A DNA stretch of 62,816 bases, counting the filler, from Lenisia limosa (Eukaryota > Protista > Breviatea): the NCBI GenBank assembly GCA_001655205.1. It is 14 parts of 14 records of this genome, joined end to end, with 100 filler letters (N's around TTAATTAATTAA, not from the genome) between each part and the next. Parts side by side here need not be neighbours in the genome. Positions count along the whole stretch, not along the records: positions 3,931 to 14,490 come from LPNZ01000930.1; positions 14,591 to 16,186 come from LPNZ01004840.1; positions 16,287 to 17,652 come from LPNZ01009558.1; positions 17,753 to 25,452 come from LPNZ01002431.1; positions 25,553 to 26,992 come from LPNZ01006145.1; 9 more parts are not named here. One strand, written 5' to 3'. The notes under the pieces were generated by a model that worked only from the letters and a program-made list of their open reading frames with translations, made no database searches and was not told where the DNA came from. Positions 13,701 through 26,843 of the stretch are shown here, piece by piece; the stretch's first letter is position 1; every line of letters starts with the position of its first letter. The translations under genes and the position numbers were made by a program.

Positions 13701-14193
13701 GATATGATACAGCATTGAGAGAAATAGGTGAACCCACTTGAGGAATTTGACACTTTGAGTACCTCGAGACCGAAAAACGCATGGCCGAGTGTACCCGCTG
13801 GATCATTAGAACTTGGGCGTCCTCAGTACGAAACATAGGACTACTTTATCGAATACTGGATTGAATGACGTTTCAAGATTTTTCGCTAACTTTGGTAAAA
13901 AAAAACGATCTATCGGGATACGCAGTCTTATTCTGTAGGGACTCCCTAATTAGAACTGGATTAACACATACTAAAATGATATCATTATATCATGTCAAAG
14001 AGTATTATTATGATTACATTGGTGCACCTAAATGCAAAATACATGAGCTTTATATGATATGGTCTTATTCAAAACACAACACATTACCGAAGTCTTTGAA
14101 ATAGAGCCGATTCAGGGCAAAAAGAAGAAATAGAACAACCTCATCGGACCACAATGAGAGCAACAACGCTATTCGTGACCGAGAAGCAAAAGC
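10732..14193 (-). CDS. PEX12: Peroxin 12 (peroxisomal RING protein); 5' end unresolved
   Basis: Minus-strand exons encode AFASRSRIALLLSLWSDEVVLFLLFALNRLYFKDF, GTLGHAFFGLE, YTLWDFVLELRYGLGQQPYPGL, IVSIALPAAIYGYK|FIEWWYG..PCPPIVPK, PDPTMCILCGQ|IRTNPACLPSGFSSCYQCMVM|HLRRKGCCPVTKQPFEVVDIRRLY*. These match the Pex2_Pex12 domain and the Pex12-type degenerate RING. Confidence 0.88.
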
Positions 14194-14590
14194 CTGGGGG
14201 GGGGGAAGTAAAATTATGAAACTAAAAAAAAACCCAAAATCAACTCTGTTGGCTGACAACACACAAAGGTTGATAACAACAATACAAACAAAGCCCAGGC
14301 CAGCCACTTCTGCAGCATCGATTCCCCTCAAAAAGGGATAATTTATGATGTTGCCAAAACATTGACATACACAAGGGCTAAAAACAAACACTAATCAAGA
14401 ACCGAGCAATCTAACATCTAACAGCAGGGATATTATACCCTGCCATTCTCCATCCTCCACTCGTCTGGGTGGTGATTATGTGTATTATACNNNNNNNNNN
14501 NNNNNNNNNNNNNNNNNNNNNNNNNNNNNNNNNNTTAATTAATTAANNNNNNNNNNNNNNNNNNNNNNNNNNNNNNNNNNNNNNNNNNNN

Positions 14591-17500
14591 ACCAAGTCTG
14601 GTCTCAGCACCATTCTCTCTTGTCCAAAGTCTGGTTTTCACCCCCACCCGGAGGTACGCAATCGTAGTTATTGTTTATGGGGATGCATTGTGAAATTGGA
14701 ATATGTTCTATGAAATATACAACATTATAACTGTAAAAGAATGGGGAATTATGCAATTGCTGATGAAAACCCAATCCCCCCTGTTTTACAGCTATAATGT
14801 TGAAAAGAGGTGTAGTTATCGGAATATGTATCATATAGGGTGAATTATCGTACTATAATCAGTATTCGCAGAAAGCTGTGTGCACAGAGTTGTCAGGCAA
14901 ATGATTGGGTGAATTAGTATTTATCGAACTATAATCATTATTTCCATTATAAACGTGATGATGTGGACGGCCCCGCCCTGATACTCTTAATTTTTCTCAT
15001 TTCTACATATCATATAGAGGGGCCGCACTCAGAACACAAATACATATCCCTATAAAAATGTCATAACAGTCGCCAATATAATTAATGTGTAGAGATGTAA
15101 AATAAAAAAAATCGGTTGTGTAGGGCTTCACTACATCCAAAAAGACCATAAAAATAGCTTAGTTCACACCAACATTGTATTAATTTGAGCCATCATGACA
15201 ATGTGTGATATTGTGGTGTGAAAAACCCGCCAACTGTATTGTCTTGCTGCTCAGCTCTCCCACAATTTTATTTCGTGACTCTTTTTGCCTTCAACAAATC
15301 ACCTCCGTTCACGTTTTCAGCATCCAAAAAAAGAGCCAATTTACACCAATACCGTACGACATGCCAAGTTAACAAAGGAAAAACTGAAGGTGGGGGGGGG
15401 GGTAAAATTGAAAATTGTATGAACCAAAAAAGCGTNNNNNNNNNNNNNNNNNNNNNNNNNNNNNNNNNNNNNNNNNNNNNNNNNNNNNNNNNNNNNNNCT
15501 CTCATGTTTTTAGGTTGTTGATCAGCGATGAGGGGTCACGATTTTGATATTTTATTTAATTGCTCTGTAATGGTTGATGCAGTGTTTCTTGTTTTCCACG
15601 TGGCTTGCCAAAATATACGTAGCATCTATTTGAAGTAAATATAGTTTTTATGATTAGTTTAGAGGGTTTAATACACAATAGCGCATCGACATTGTTTCCT
15701 TTTTTAAGGCCAGATTTCAATAGTAGTATTCCTAATGGAAATCGATTTCCAAAGCCCAAGTCTCATCCTTAGCCCAACCTTATCAAAAATATCTTCCAAA
15801 TTTTTAAAAAGGAATTACTAAAGCTGTCTAAATAGCAATAGTATATTTGTAGTATATGATATACTATAATATATAAACCCTTCATATAGCTATACTATAT
15901 ACATAGTATACCCAGGCTCTTCTAAAAGAAACTCTCTGACACCGAGGCTCCGCGGCCTCGTAAGACGCAGGCAGGCTCAGATGTAAGTAACTAGTGTACA
16001 GAAATTCATTAAATAAGAAACTACAGGTCGATTAATGGTGCTGGCTCCTTCGCAGCCTAAATCATCAATCTAAGACGAAGGAATTACAGCTCAAAAAAAC
16101 GGGCATAGCTTCGGTTCTGTTCGAAAAAGACTGAATTGCTCGATAAATCCTCGATAACTCGATTCCTGGGTTTTTTCGAACCGAAGNNNNNNNNNNNNNN
16201 NNNNNNNNNNNNNNNNNNNNNNNNNNNNNNTTAATTAATTAANNNNNNNNNNNNNNNNNNNNNNNNNNNNNNNNNNNNNNNNNNNNGGGGGGGGGGGTTC
16301 AGCTTTCTTCGTGGTAGAATAGCTCATGTATTCCTCAAGATCTTGATTTATGTTGATGTTGGGTTTAAAATTCATTTATCATTATTAATGTTGGCTTTTA
16401 TTAATGCTGGTCTTTTATTAATGCTGGTCTTTGTGTATGCTTTAATGTTGTTGGTTTTAATATCTCTAGGAAGAAGTACTCCGCTCTTCGGGAAAGCCAG
16501 GAGAAGAAGTGTTAGAGGTTATGGTTTTAGTTTGGGGTTTTATACAATGATTAATATACTATTAGCTGGGTATTGTTGGCGTTATTGAGGGTTTAAAAGT
16601 GGAACGAGCAAGCAATATTCCGCGGTATGACCGAAAAGAGGGAATATGGAGTTGTATTCGTTGAACCACTTCATATTTGTATTATTTAATGTTATCGGTA
16701 TCAATATAGTCTGCCATGAAGAATTAATCTGGAGTATAGTATCTAGAACCACCGATCAGCTCCAGACTGCACCCTCCAGGAGTTTAACAATATAATTTTA
16801 CTCCAGATTGTACTCCAGTTTACTGGATTGATCACACAATCGAGCATTGTAGTAGGGATTTCTACTACTCTACACTCCATTCAGAGTAATGATTCCGAAA
16901 TTTGGAATTAATCACAGATTGGATCGGAAACATGTAAATGTTAAGGGAGCGTTTATTGGAATGTTCTTGAGGCGTTTTATTCGCTAAGAAAAGATTATAA
17001 TTCTTTTACAAAGGTAAGCCAACATCATACCAAACGGGTAACAGAGGCATAGAGAACACCTTGTACGGAAGGAAATTGATTCATTAAATACAACTCTATT
17101 GTGAACTACAGACATCTTGGGAAATGCTTGATAAATGAGGCTGTTTGCCGCTCATTTGTTGGTTACTGTCTTGACAATCTGGGGAATGAGTATCGCATTT
17201 CAATCTCTTATTAGTGTGATGGTGAGGACGGCTTCGGTCAGATACTACCTTGTTTTATTTCTCATTTCTATGTCCCCCCCCCCNNNNNNNNNNNNNNNNN
17301 NNNNNNNNNNNNNNNNNNNNNNNNNNNNNNNNNNNNNNNNNNNNNNNNNNNNNNNNNNNNNNNNNNNNNNNNNNNNNNNNNNNNNNNNNNNNNNNNNNNN
17401 NNNNNNNNNNTCGGTCCACCTAAAAATAACGTTAGTTTGTGAATTATTTCTATTATTTTGTATCCTATGATTTTATTTGTTGAAATATTATACGTATATT

Positions 17501-19662
17501 ATGTGTTTATTTTGCATTTATGATTTGTAGGGCTACTACAAATCGATTCTATTCTTGATATACTTTCTGATACCCCCCCTCCCCCTCCATGAAGTTCTGC
17601 TACATCGTTTTCTGTTTGGATTGTCTGTATTGTGTAAGGATCTCTATGATCCNNNNNNNNNNNNNNNNNNNNNNNNNNNNNNNNNNNNNNNNNNNNTTAA
17701 TTAATTAANNNNNNNNNNNNNNNNNNNNNNNNNNNNNNNNNNNNNNNNNNNNTAAGCGTGATGGTGTGGACAGCTTCGGCCAGATTCACACTTAGGGTTG
17801 TCTAGTCAACTAGTCAACTATTATTGTGTTCTTGTGAAACACGATTTATTTGTAGCTTTAGATTTTATTTCAGGTATTTTTCTATCATGAGATGTGATTG
17901 TAGTTCTACCCCTCGCGTCTTCTGTACATTTGGTAACTGTTTTAGCGCAAGCCGCCAACTAAAAAAAGCCGAAGACGTAACACTGCCAAAGACAGCAAAA
18001 AGGAGAAGGAAAAGGAGCCGTCCGGACCTCCAGGTGGGTGGGGGTGAACATTTAATAGAACCAAGGCTCATAGGGATACGATAAAACACGATCTAACCTT
18101 TTTTTTTTGTTTTTGTTGGATATGATATATCATACAACATACATTTGTCATTGTTAGTCTTTACAGAGAAACATACATTGGTCATTGTTAGTCTTTACAG
18201 AGAGATTCGGTCAATACAGCACTACTTTGTCTAACTATCCCCTCACCCCCACAGTGGAGGTTAGAGCCCCCCCTTTGCCCAACTTATCAAGGCTCTCGTC
18301 GAACGCTGCCCCTGTCGAAAACGTAGGACTTCATACTGGGGGGAAGCACAGAATTGTAAGGCAAAATATTATACTATTAGCCAATATCTCTTCNNNNNNN
18401 NNNNNNNNNNNNNNNNNNNNNNNNNNNNNNNNNNNNNNNNNNNNNNNNNNNNNNNNNNNNNTGCCGGCACAGACCCAGGGCAAGGTGTCGCGTTTTTCTT
18501 CGTTCTTCACCCATGACGAGTCCATCGTGTCGCCGCCTTCAAGTCATGACGATAATCTTGAGCATCTTGGTGGGGGGGGAGGGCTAAAATTGGTCTTGAT
18601 GGTTGTCTGGCTAAAATTGCTCTTGATGGTCCTTCCCGTAGAATATTACCAAAATTAAAGCTCACCCCCCCCCAGAATCGATGTGCTCGTTCCTTGATGC
18701 GTCATCGCCCACGTCCCGGGCAAGCAGTATGTTCAGTGTACCCACATTTGCTCCTCCCGCTGCCGCCTCTTGCCCCCAGGTACCCGAGGTTGTATTAATT
18801 ATAGTATAACGCTGGACCTATGTACATTACTTATGTTTCTTCAACATACCCCAGGATCTACTATTATACTACTACATGGAGTAAGAAGACCATATTTGGT
18901 TTTAACTATAAGATATCATACATTTGGTATTTAGTATATGATATCTTGTCATTTGTTTCGAATTCACATATATTCAAAAGTTCATAATAATCCACACAAT
19001 TACCTCACCATCTAGCCCATAACCACGCATCTCTCTTCGGACCCTCTATTTACTCCACTGGAGGTAAGAGGCTGCTCTATGTGACTGTTAAGCGATTTTC
19101 GTCACTTCCTTCCTTTTCGCTTTCTTTCTTCTGTGCTTTTCCTTGTATTCCTTCCTTTTCGCTCTCTTTCTTCTGTGCTTTTCTTCCAAGAGTGTTTTTG
19201 ATTACAATTTTGTGTATTTAGTGGTTAATGTTGATTTGGGCTTTTTTTTTTTTTTTTTTTTTTTNNNNNNNNNNNNNNNNNNNNNNNNNNNNNNNNNNNN
19301 NNNNNNNNNNNNNNNNNNNNNNNNNNNNNNNNNNNNNNNNNNNNNNNNNNNNNNNNNNNNNNNNNNNNNNNNNNNNNNNNNNNNNNNNNNNNNNNNNNNN
19401 NNNNNNNNNNNNNNNNNNNNNNNNNNNNNNNNNNNNNNNNNNNNNNNNNNNNNNNNNNNNNNNNNNNNNNNNNNNNNNNNNNNNNNNNNNNNNNCTTTTC
19501 TATTATTTGGGTGGCAATGTGGATGGCTTCGGACTGTACTTCCTTTTATTGTGCCCATTGTGACCTTTTTAGGTTGAGTGTCAGCGGTGCAATAGTATCG
19601 TTTTTCGGAATTTGAGATTTACGCCTTCCCTGACCATTCGAGGAAATGCAATGATATTTTAG
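14591..19662 (+). CDS. Hypothetical multi-exon protein (gapped, unresolved; possibly more than one gene)
   Basis: A series of plus-strand GT-AG-bounded open segments, e.g. ~15260 SPTILFRDSFCLQQ, ~17946-18033 RKPPTKKSRRRNTAKDSKKEKEKEPSGPP, 18255-18324 VEVRAPPLPNLSRLSSNAAPVEN, 18462-18569, 18676-18779, ~19015-19064 and a last exon 19573-19662. No family recognised. Confidence 0.5.
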
Positions 19663-19839
19663 CAGTATGATATTATTTGGATATTTCATGCATCATGATA
19701 TTGTAAGTATTTGTGTTCTGATAAATTTATCCTGTTATTTCCCCTAGTAAAGAAGTAATACATTTGCATATCATAATAAATAATACAAACAAAATAATGA
19801 AAAACTGGCAAAAACAAAACGAGGAAACTTCTATTCAAA

Positions 19840-22800
19840 CTAAGCCTGCATGGAGTAAGTGTGGTCGTAGTTGATTGAGGGAACTGCCGTGTTGATGAAC
19901 TTCAGGAAAAGTAGAAGATACCTTCGGGGTTAAAGAGCCCTGAGAAAACGTTCATAAAGGTGCACATGATAGTAGACACTCGAAAACCCACAGTGTACAA
20001 CAATGCAAGAGAATACAAGGGGAAATGAAGGGACATCAAGCTTCAGAGCAATTCAAGGTGAGATTATTCAAGATATCACCCATTGGTGGAAGGGTGGACT
20101 AACTGGACTTTTTTGAGGTTTGTTATTTAGCCTGTCTGAGAGTTTTGTTGTTTAAAAATTTACCTGTCTTGGAGTGGCCGGCTTCAATCTACCCCCCCCC
20201 CCACTGGTCAACTCTTGGAGTGATGCCGGCTTCAACAAGATTGCCAACGATTTGCTTCATCATGTCAGCGTGTCTAATGATGGTAAGGTGGTGTAGATGG
20301 CAGCGTGTCTAATGGTGGTAAGGTGTGAATCTAAATAACAAACACAAATGTCGAAATTCAATCTTCGCCCATCTTCAGCCCACAAACACCCGCTACCGAC
20401 TTGCAGGGATGAATAGAGATGAATTTCTAAACTGTCAGAAGAAGAGAGGAATGTAATTGTTGAAATGAATTGAGCAATAAATACCATCCCCCTCTCACAG
20501 CCGAAAGATGGGGATGGGGCTCGAGAGTCGCAGTTTTGTTGGCGTGTTCCACGGACACATCCTCGAACATTTCATCGCCGGTGAGGGGGGTGGTGTCCTG
20601 GACTGTGACGGAGTATTCTGGTGTTGAATTGGTATTATTGGACGTTGAAGTAGAAAAATGGGTGAGTAATGTGTATGGTCTTTTTTAAAGAAAAAATTGA
20701 AAAAACTATTGTTAATGAAGGCGAAGTAAGTATTCGATGGTGCTTAAATCTGAGTAAGTAAGATATAATATAGTAATGAGAAATAATATAAATAAAAAAA
20801 AGGTTTTATCTGGCCGAAGCCGTACGATATACTTTTTCATACAACCCCCATCCCACCTCATCATAACCAAGAAGCCAGAACCTGGGAGTCTGCCAATACT
20901 TGTCGTACGTTATTGACACGTCATAGGTGCGACTTCTTACGATGCTAGATGACTTGTTCCCGATCTCCACCCTCTCCACCGCTTCAATGACCTTATATGT
21001 CAACAGATTGCTTACTACTGTAATAAAATATATAGAATATACTAGAAAACAAAGACCAATAAAACAAATTGTATTGTGAGAACCCTTAAAAAATAAAATA
21101 TACAAGAAGAAGCCTCAAAAGCAATGTTTGAGAGCTAGGTGTTGTATTCCCACTTTCTGTGTTGAAATGTCGAAATCGTCCATATCGGGGCAACTGTCCG
21201 AGTCGGAATCACCAGCTGCTGAATTGGTGAAAAACTGAAATGGTTTTAACAAGAGATACAAACAAAGGTGTGATATCTAGAAAAACAAAATAGGACTTCA
21301 CCCCGGCCCGAAAAAAGACAGAATTTTTCGATAAGTCCTCCAGAATTTCTATATTTGACAGGTTATTTTTGAACCGAAGTGAAGCTCACAATCGCCCTCA
21401 GAAATAGAAACCCCCAATACCTTGTGCTACGGGGTCAGTCGCTTCGCTTTTGTCCTCGTCATGCTCATCAAGGTCTTCGAAATCATCACAAGGTGGAGAT
21501 GCTGGGGGAGGCGGGTGATGTGAATGTATTTGGGTAATGATATTCTACTAATTTAGCCAATTATCTGACACCCTCATATCCACCTTTATTGACATCGGTG
21601 ACACCCCCATATCCACCTTTATTGACATCGGTGACAGTCCAATCATCATCGCCCTCAGCAAATCGCTCAATCGTACTTTGCTCCAATTCTCGAACGCGAT
21701 GGTGACATGGCACTGGGGCGGAGGTTAGAAATGAGAACAAAGTATCTAGCCGAAGCGTACACAGCAACAAGATTCTATCGTTACAAATTATATCTTATGT
21801 AGTTAAAACATATCGGTCTGTGATATTATAAGGCTGACATATATATCGATATAAATTATATCATTATACAGTTCCAGAATTTTTGAGGAATCTCAAGAAA
21901 CTGGCTGACCTCTTCGGGTGACTAAAAACTGCTTCTCCTCCGGCAGGTAAGATTTCACCGATTGCGAGTCTCCAGCCTCCCTACACTGTCAAGATTACTC
22001 AGTGATTGTATTATCCCTGTGGTCATGGAAAAGACTGAAGTTCTCCATAAAGCCTCGTATCGATGATTTCAGTCTGTTTCATAGAATCCCTTAAAACATG
22101 CGGCGGTAGAATCCCTTATAACATGCGGCAGTAGAATATATTATATCTGGGAATATCGACCTGTTGAGTATATTTGCAGGTTCCAGCACCAATCTCCCGC
22201 TCCTCGATTGACAAAAAAAAAATTGATTGCGCGGGTCAAAAGGAAATCTTATTTACGCTGTGACCTGCACTGGCTTTTTGGTCCAATTGTTCACTAAATT
22301 ATCCGGCTGGCAGTGCTACATATTTGTATGTTATGAATCAAATAGTATATATTTATTTCATATTATATGTTTTAAGATAAATATATGGTTGGAGACAAAC
22401 AGTAGGGGTTCAGAGTGAAGAAGATGGACGTTGGGGTTTCACATGAAAGCATGGCATAGTAGAATAGTGATATCTGGGGAGATCAACCAGCCAAGTCTTT
22501 CTCAGCCCCTCTAGTGCTGTTATTATTTGTTTTATAAAATACTCTATATCAAATTTAGTTGAGAGGGCTGAGACCCTTGCAAAGTATGATTTCCCTTAGT
22601 TTTGGATAACTTATGAGTATCCAACCACCAAGTAAATACAGTTATTAAGAGGTTTCAAGAACATGAACTTTCGAAAGGTGAGAACCAAGATGTCATGAAA
22701 ATGGTGATCTCTTAATTTGGTGAAACAAGCCAATGGGAGTAGCTACACTCCTTCGAATCCACCCTCAGGCCCCTCTTACCACGTCCACGTTGGACACTTT

Positions 22801-23111
22801 TGGACCAGGAAGTCACCAGCAGCCACAAACTGCATGGAGTGAAACATAATAGGCATAACTACTCTTCTAATACCGCTGAAGTATTACATATTATCTGGTT
22901 TCCCGTGATATATTGTCTTCCAGAGTCAGGAGAATGTTGTCTTGAAACAAAAAGGAAAGTGCAACTGACAAAGAATAAAGCCAAAGATCAGGGAAAAGAG
23001 AAGCACCCAAGCTACACCAACCTCTTCTGGTGTTAGAAGGCCGTTCTCAACAAATTTCGACTCTTTCAATAAAGGAGTGAGATACTCCCGCGCCGAATGG
23101 AAGATATTCAT
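19840..23111 (-). CDS. ATG3: Autophagy E2-like enzyme Atg3
   Basis: [30 protein letters not shown]|[17 protein letters not shown]|[20 protein letters not shown]|[58 protein letters not shown], catalytic SIHPC|[31 protein letters not shown]. Confidence 0.96.
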
Positions 23112-23357
23112 TCAAAGTCAAAAAGAAAACGAAGTCTAGTTTGCTCGGCTGCCAAGTTAAATCTGTTCTCGTATTATTATAGAGCTGTTGAAGTGTTGAA
23201 GAGTATAGAGTGATGTTGTGGATGTTGCAGTTTAGCTGGTTTTTGGCCACAAAAATAGCCCAAAACAATACACCCCGCAGGGTATCTTTTATATGAGTCC
23301 TTGCAAAATGTTTTAATGTTCATCATACCATCATTAAGGAACAAAATGTAGCTTAGA

Positions 23358-24041
23358 ATGGAGCCAGAGTCGCCAATTTTGCCAACATTCTCCGTTGTTC
23401 GTCATCTTTTTTATTCTTGCTTTGTTGACCTTTTCAGCCTCTCCCTAAGGATATATCGATTCCATTTAAGGGTAATCATCATTTTGAGGTGAGCAATTCC
23501 CTTTTCCATCTTTCACGTAGAAATAACCGTTAATCTGTCTCTTTTTTGAGCCCACTTGCCCCCTCCTCTTCCTCCAACTCTGCAGGATGATGCTACTCTT
23601 CAGGATGAGTTACCTCCGATGGGAGACGTTGGCGAACCGCAGCGTTCCACATCCCCTGTGATGTTTGGTCGTCGAAAGCCAAAGATCCTCTTTAACAGCA
23701 ATGATAATGACGATGGGTTCTTCCCCAAAGAAAACGTCTCCAACTCCCAGGAGCTGCTACGGCCAAGATTCAGCTCGTTTGCCCGACATAACTCTTCGAA
23801 CTCCCTCCTCCCCGACAACCTCCCTCCAAGACAAAGAAGCTCATGTAAGCGTTAACGGCGGCTTGTTAGCCAAGGGGCGGTGGTGTTGTGGAGGTTATTG
23901 GGTCATTTTATTCTCACGCAAACGTTTAATTTCGTTACAAGGGACTATGTTAGATCCATTTGAGTTGTTTAGCCACGCGTTATCTTATTCCAATACATGT
24001 TTGCAAGCATGCCTCTCGCTTTTCCCATTTACGCATGTTTT

Positions 24042-24078
<37 letters not shown>

Positions 24079-25727
24079 CCTCTCCCGTCGTTCTTTCTTC
24101 ATTATTGGAAAGCATGTTTGAGTTTTAAATTGTTTATTCTCATGATTCTTTCAGTGTTTGACTCATGGTTAAACGTTTTTTTTTTGTTATAATTTTGGCG
24201 GAAAGTTGGCATTGTAAACCTTTTTAGGCCAACAACTCATTTTAATCAATTTACGGTTTTAAAGTCTTGATAATGGATTCGAGCCTTTTCATCCAGACTT
24301 TTTTTGTGCCTGCTCAATATCGGTCCTTTTTATCTCACAATCTAGGCCAATCACTACGACGAGCAGCCACTTCAGGATCCCTCTCAGCATCCACAGTAAG
24401 CCTCCCCACGATCCCATTCATTTCCTCTGTACTAGTGATATTATAATATGTCGGACTTTTGAGTCGAAAACGAAGATATTTCTAGTTGACACGCGTGAAA
24501 GTGACCCAAAAAGCGACGTGATATTGCAGTATAAATTGACAATTCCTCCACTTTCCAAACGCATTTCTTTCATTCCATCTCACCCCCCCCCCTCAGGATT
24601 TTGTGTCCACTCTGCTGCCGCGACATAAGTACAACGTAGATAACAACATGATCAAAACCATCACCCCTGAAACGGTGGGAAGGAGGGGGTAGCCATTCAT
24701 CTGAAATGGGGTATAACCAGCAATCTTGAAACTGTGGGGAAGGGGGCAGAGGTGTTCATAGATTGTCGAATTTGCACCTCCCTTTAAGCTTTGTTTATTT
24801 TGTTGTTATCAACCTGTGTATTGTCAGCCAACAGAGTTGATTTTGTGTTTTTTCTAAATTTTCCAACCCGTTTCACTTTTTCAGGCGGTGGAGGCCTTCA
24901 ACGGGGCTTTCTCACACCTGTTTGAGACGGTCGTCGTCATCGACACTCGTTACGCCTATGAGTTCAACGGCGGTCATATCAAAGGCGCAGTCAATCTCAT
25001 GGATCTGGTGGGGGATGTTGACTTCTAGAGCTAGGGTGAATAGACTTGATGGTGGGGGATGTTGACTTCTAGAGCTAGGGTGATGCTTCTCCCTTATAAA
25101 GTGCCTATTATAATGGAGATTGTGATGCTTCTCCCTAATACGGCCTCCTTTAATACCCCCCCTCCCAACAGTCCTCGATTTCGTCCCTGCTGATACCCGA
25201 TGTGAATGACATTCCGGTGCAATCACCCACAATCGTCATTTTTCACTGTGAACACTCCGAACGCCGATCCGTTACCCTGTGAGTTGCCATATTTGCGAGG
25301 ATATTTTGGGGGTGTCACTTACAACCTATTTGGCACTATTTGGGGTTTTGAGGATGTTACTTAACTTATTTGGGAGAATATTGGTGGTGGGGGTGTAATA
25401 TTTGGAGATAGTACCTTCATGGGCTTTGTTTGTTTTGTTGTTGTCAACCCTTNNNNNNNNNNNNNNNNNNNNNNNNNNNNNNNNNNNNNNNNNNNNTTAA
25501 TTAATTAANNNNNNNNNNNNNNNNNNNNNNNNNNNNNNNNNNNNNNNNNNNNACACACACACACCCATACTTAATGAAAGCACTATAATTAACCCCTTCC
25601 AAGTGACAATACATTACCCCCATCCCACCACCTTTCTTAAGTTCACCAACCATTACAGACCAAAGTGATGAGCTTCAAGAAGTCTAAGATCGCCTTCCGC
25701 CGTAAGCCCAAGGCCTCCAGCATATGA
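23358..25727 (+). CDS. CDC25: Cdc25-type rhodanese-fold phosphatase (part of catalytic domain in a gap)
   Basis: Exons encode NMIKTITPET (24598-24674), VVIDTRYAYEFNGGHIKGAVNL (24885-25007) and IVIFHCEHSERRS (CX5R, ~25172-25279). A Ser/Pro-rich N-terminal region precedes them. The start ATG (23358) and last exon (..FKKSKIAFRRKPKASSI*, stop 25727) are tentative. Confidence 0.85.
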
Positions 25728-26843
25728 GCTGGGTAGGTACCATAGGCAGCCATACCGTGAGAAAGACGTCTTCAGCCATTATGCCTTAACTATCCTGGAC
25801 AATTTACCCTCGTGAAAGTGCTATTTTAAGCATCTCTCAAAATCCACCATCACAGCCAAAGCAAAGGGGAATCCGTAACGAATTCCGAAGGGTGCAAATT
25901 TTTGTTTCTTTACACTATAAGAAGGTGAGATTGAGAAAAAAAAATCCCGTGAAAAGGCAAAGGAGGGGGGGGGGGGACCCCGANNNNNNNNNNNNNNNNN
26001 NNNNNNNNNNNNNNNNNNNNNNNNNNNNNNNNNNNACATGATTAAAACCGCGAACAAGCCAAAAATCGACTTAAATCGCTTCAATAACACCCTTTTTAGT
26101 GTGAGATTCGGCAGTTTTGAGCACTAGACTCTCAATAACATCAAAACAAAGCAATTTTGACCAAAAAGAAGAAGAAAAAGAGAATAAAAAAATCGAAAAA
26201 ATGATCTTTTGATCAGAATCGAAATCGGCCGGGGTGACCCAGTTTCCTTTACGCGAAAATATTTTTTGAAACCCCCCTCTTTCAGAATAATAGCATNNNN
26301 NNNNNNNNNNNNNNNNNNNNNNNNNNNNNNNNNNNNNNNNNNNNNNNNNNNNNNNNNNNNNNNNNNNNNNNNNNNNNNNNNNNNNNNNNNNNNNNNNNNN
26401 NNNNNNNNNNNNNNNNNNNNNNNNNNNNNNNNNNNNNNNNNNNNNNNNNNNNNNNNNNNNNNNNNNNNNNNNNNNNNNNNNNNNNNNNNNNNNNNNNNNN
26501 NNNNNNNNNNNNNNNNNNNNNNNNNNNNNNNNNNNNNTCCTATTTTTTGTTAAATTTACGCTGATTTTTGCCCAATTTGTCTCGTTTTCTCTTCTTATAT
26601 GCTACGAGGTTGCTCGAGAGTGGTGAAAGTCAAAAGTGTTGATGCAAGAACGTCTTTGCTTTATCACAGGGACGATTTTAGGCCCATAATCCATGTTTTT
26701 GATGTATTTTGCATACAATATTGAAGTGTCATGACGATGGTATCTTGCATGGATATTGGTACCCCTTCTATGCTTTTGAATAAAACCCTGTATAAAATGA
26801 GTGTTTCGGACGATAATTCTCAAACAAAGCGAAAGAGGGGTAA

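Noticed and set aside
18137-18203. 34-nt duplication containing TTTACAG as a duplicated acceptor
   Set aside because: The in-phase exon starts at 18255 after a stronger C-tract acceptor; no evidence these AGs are used.
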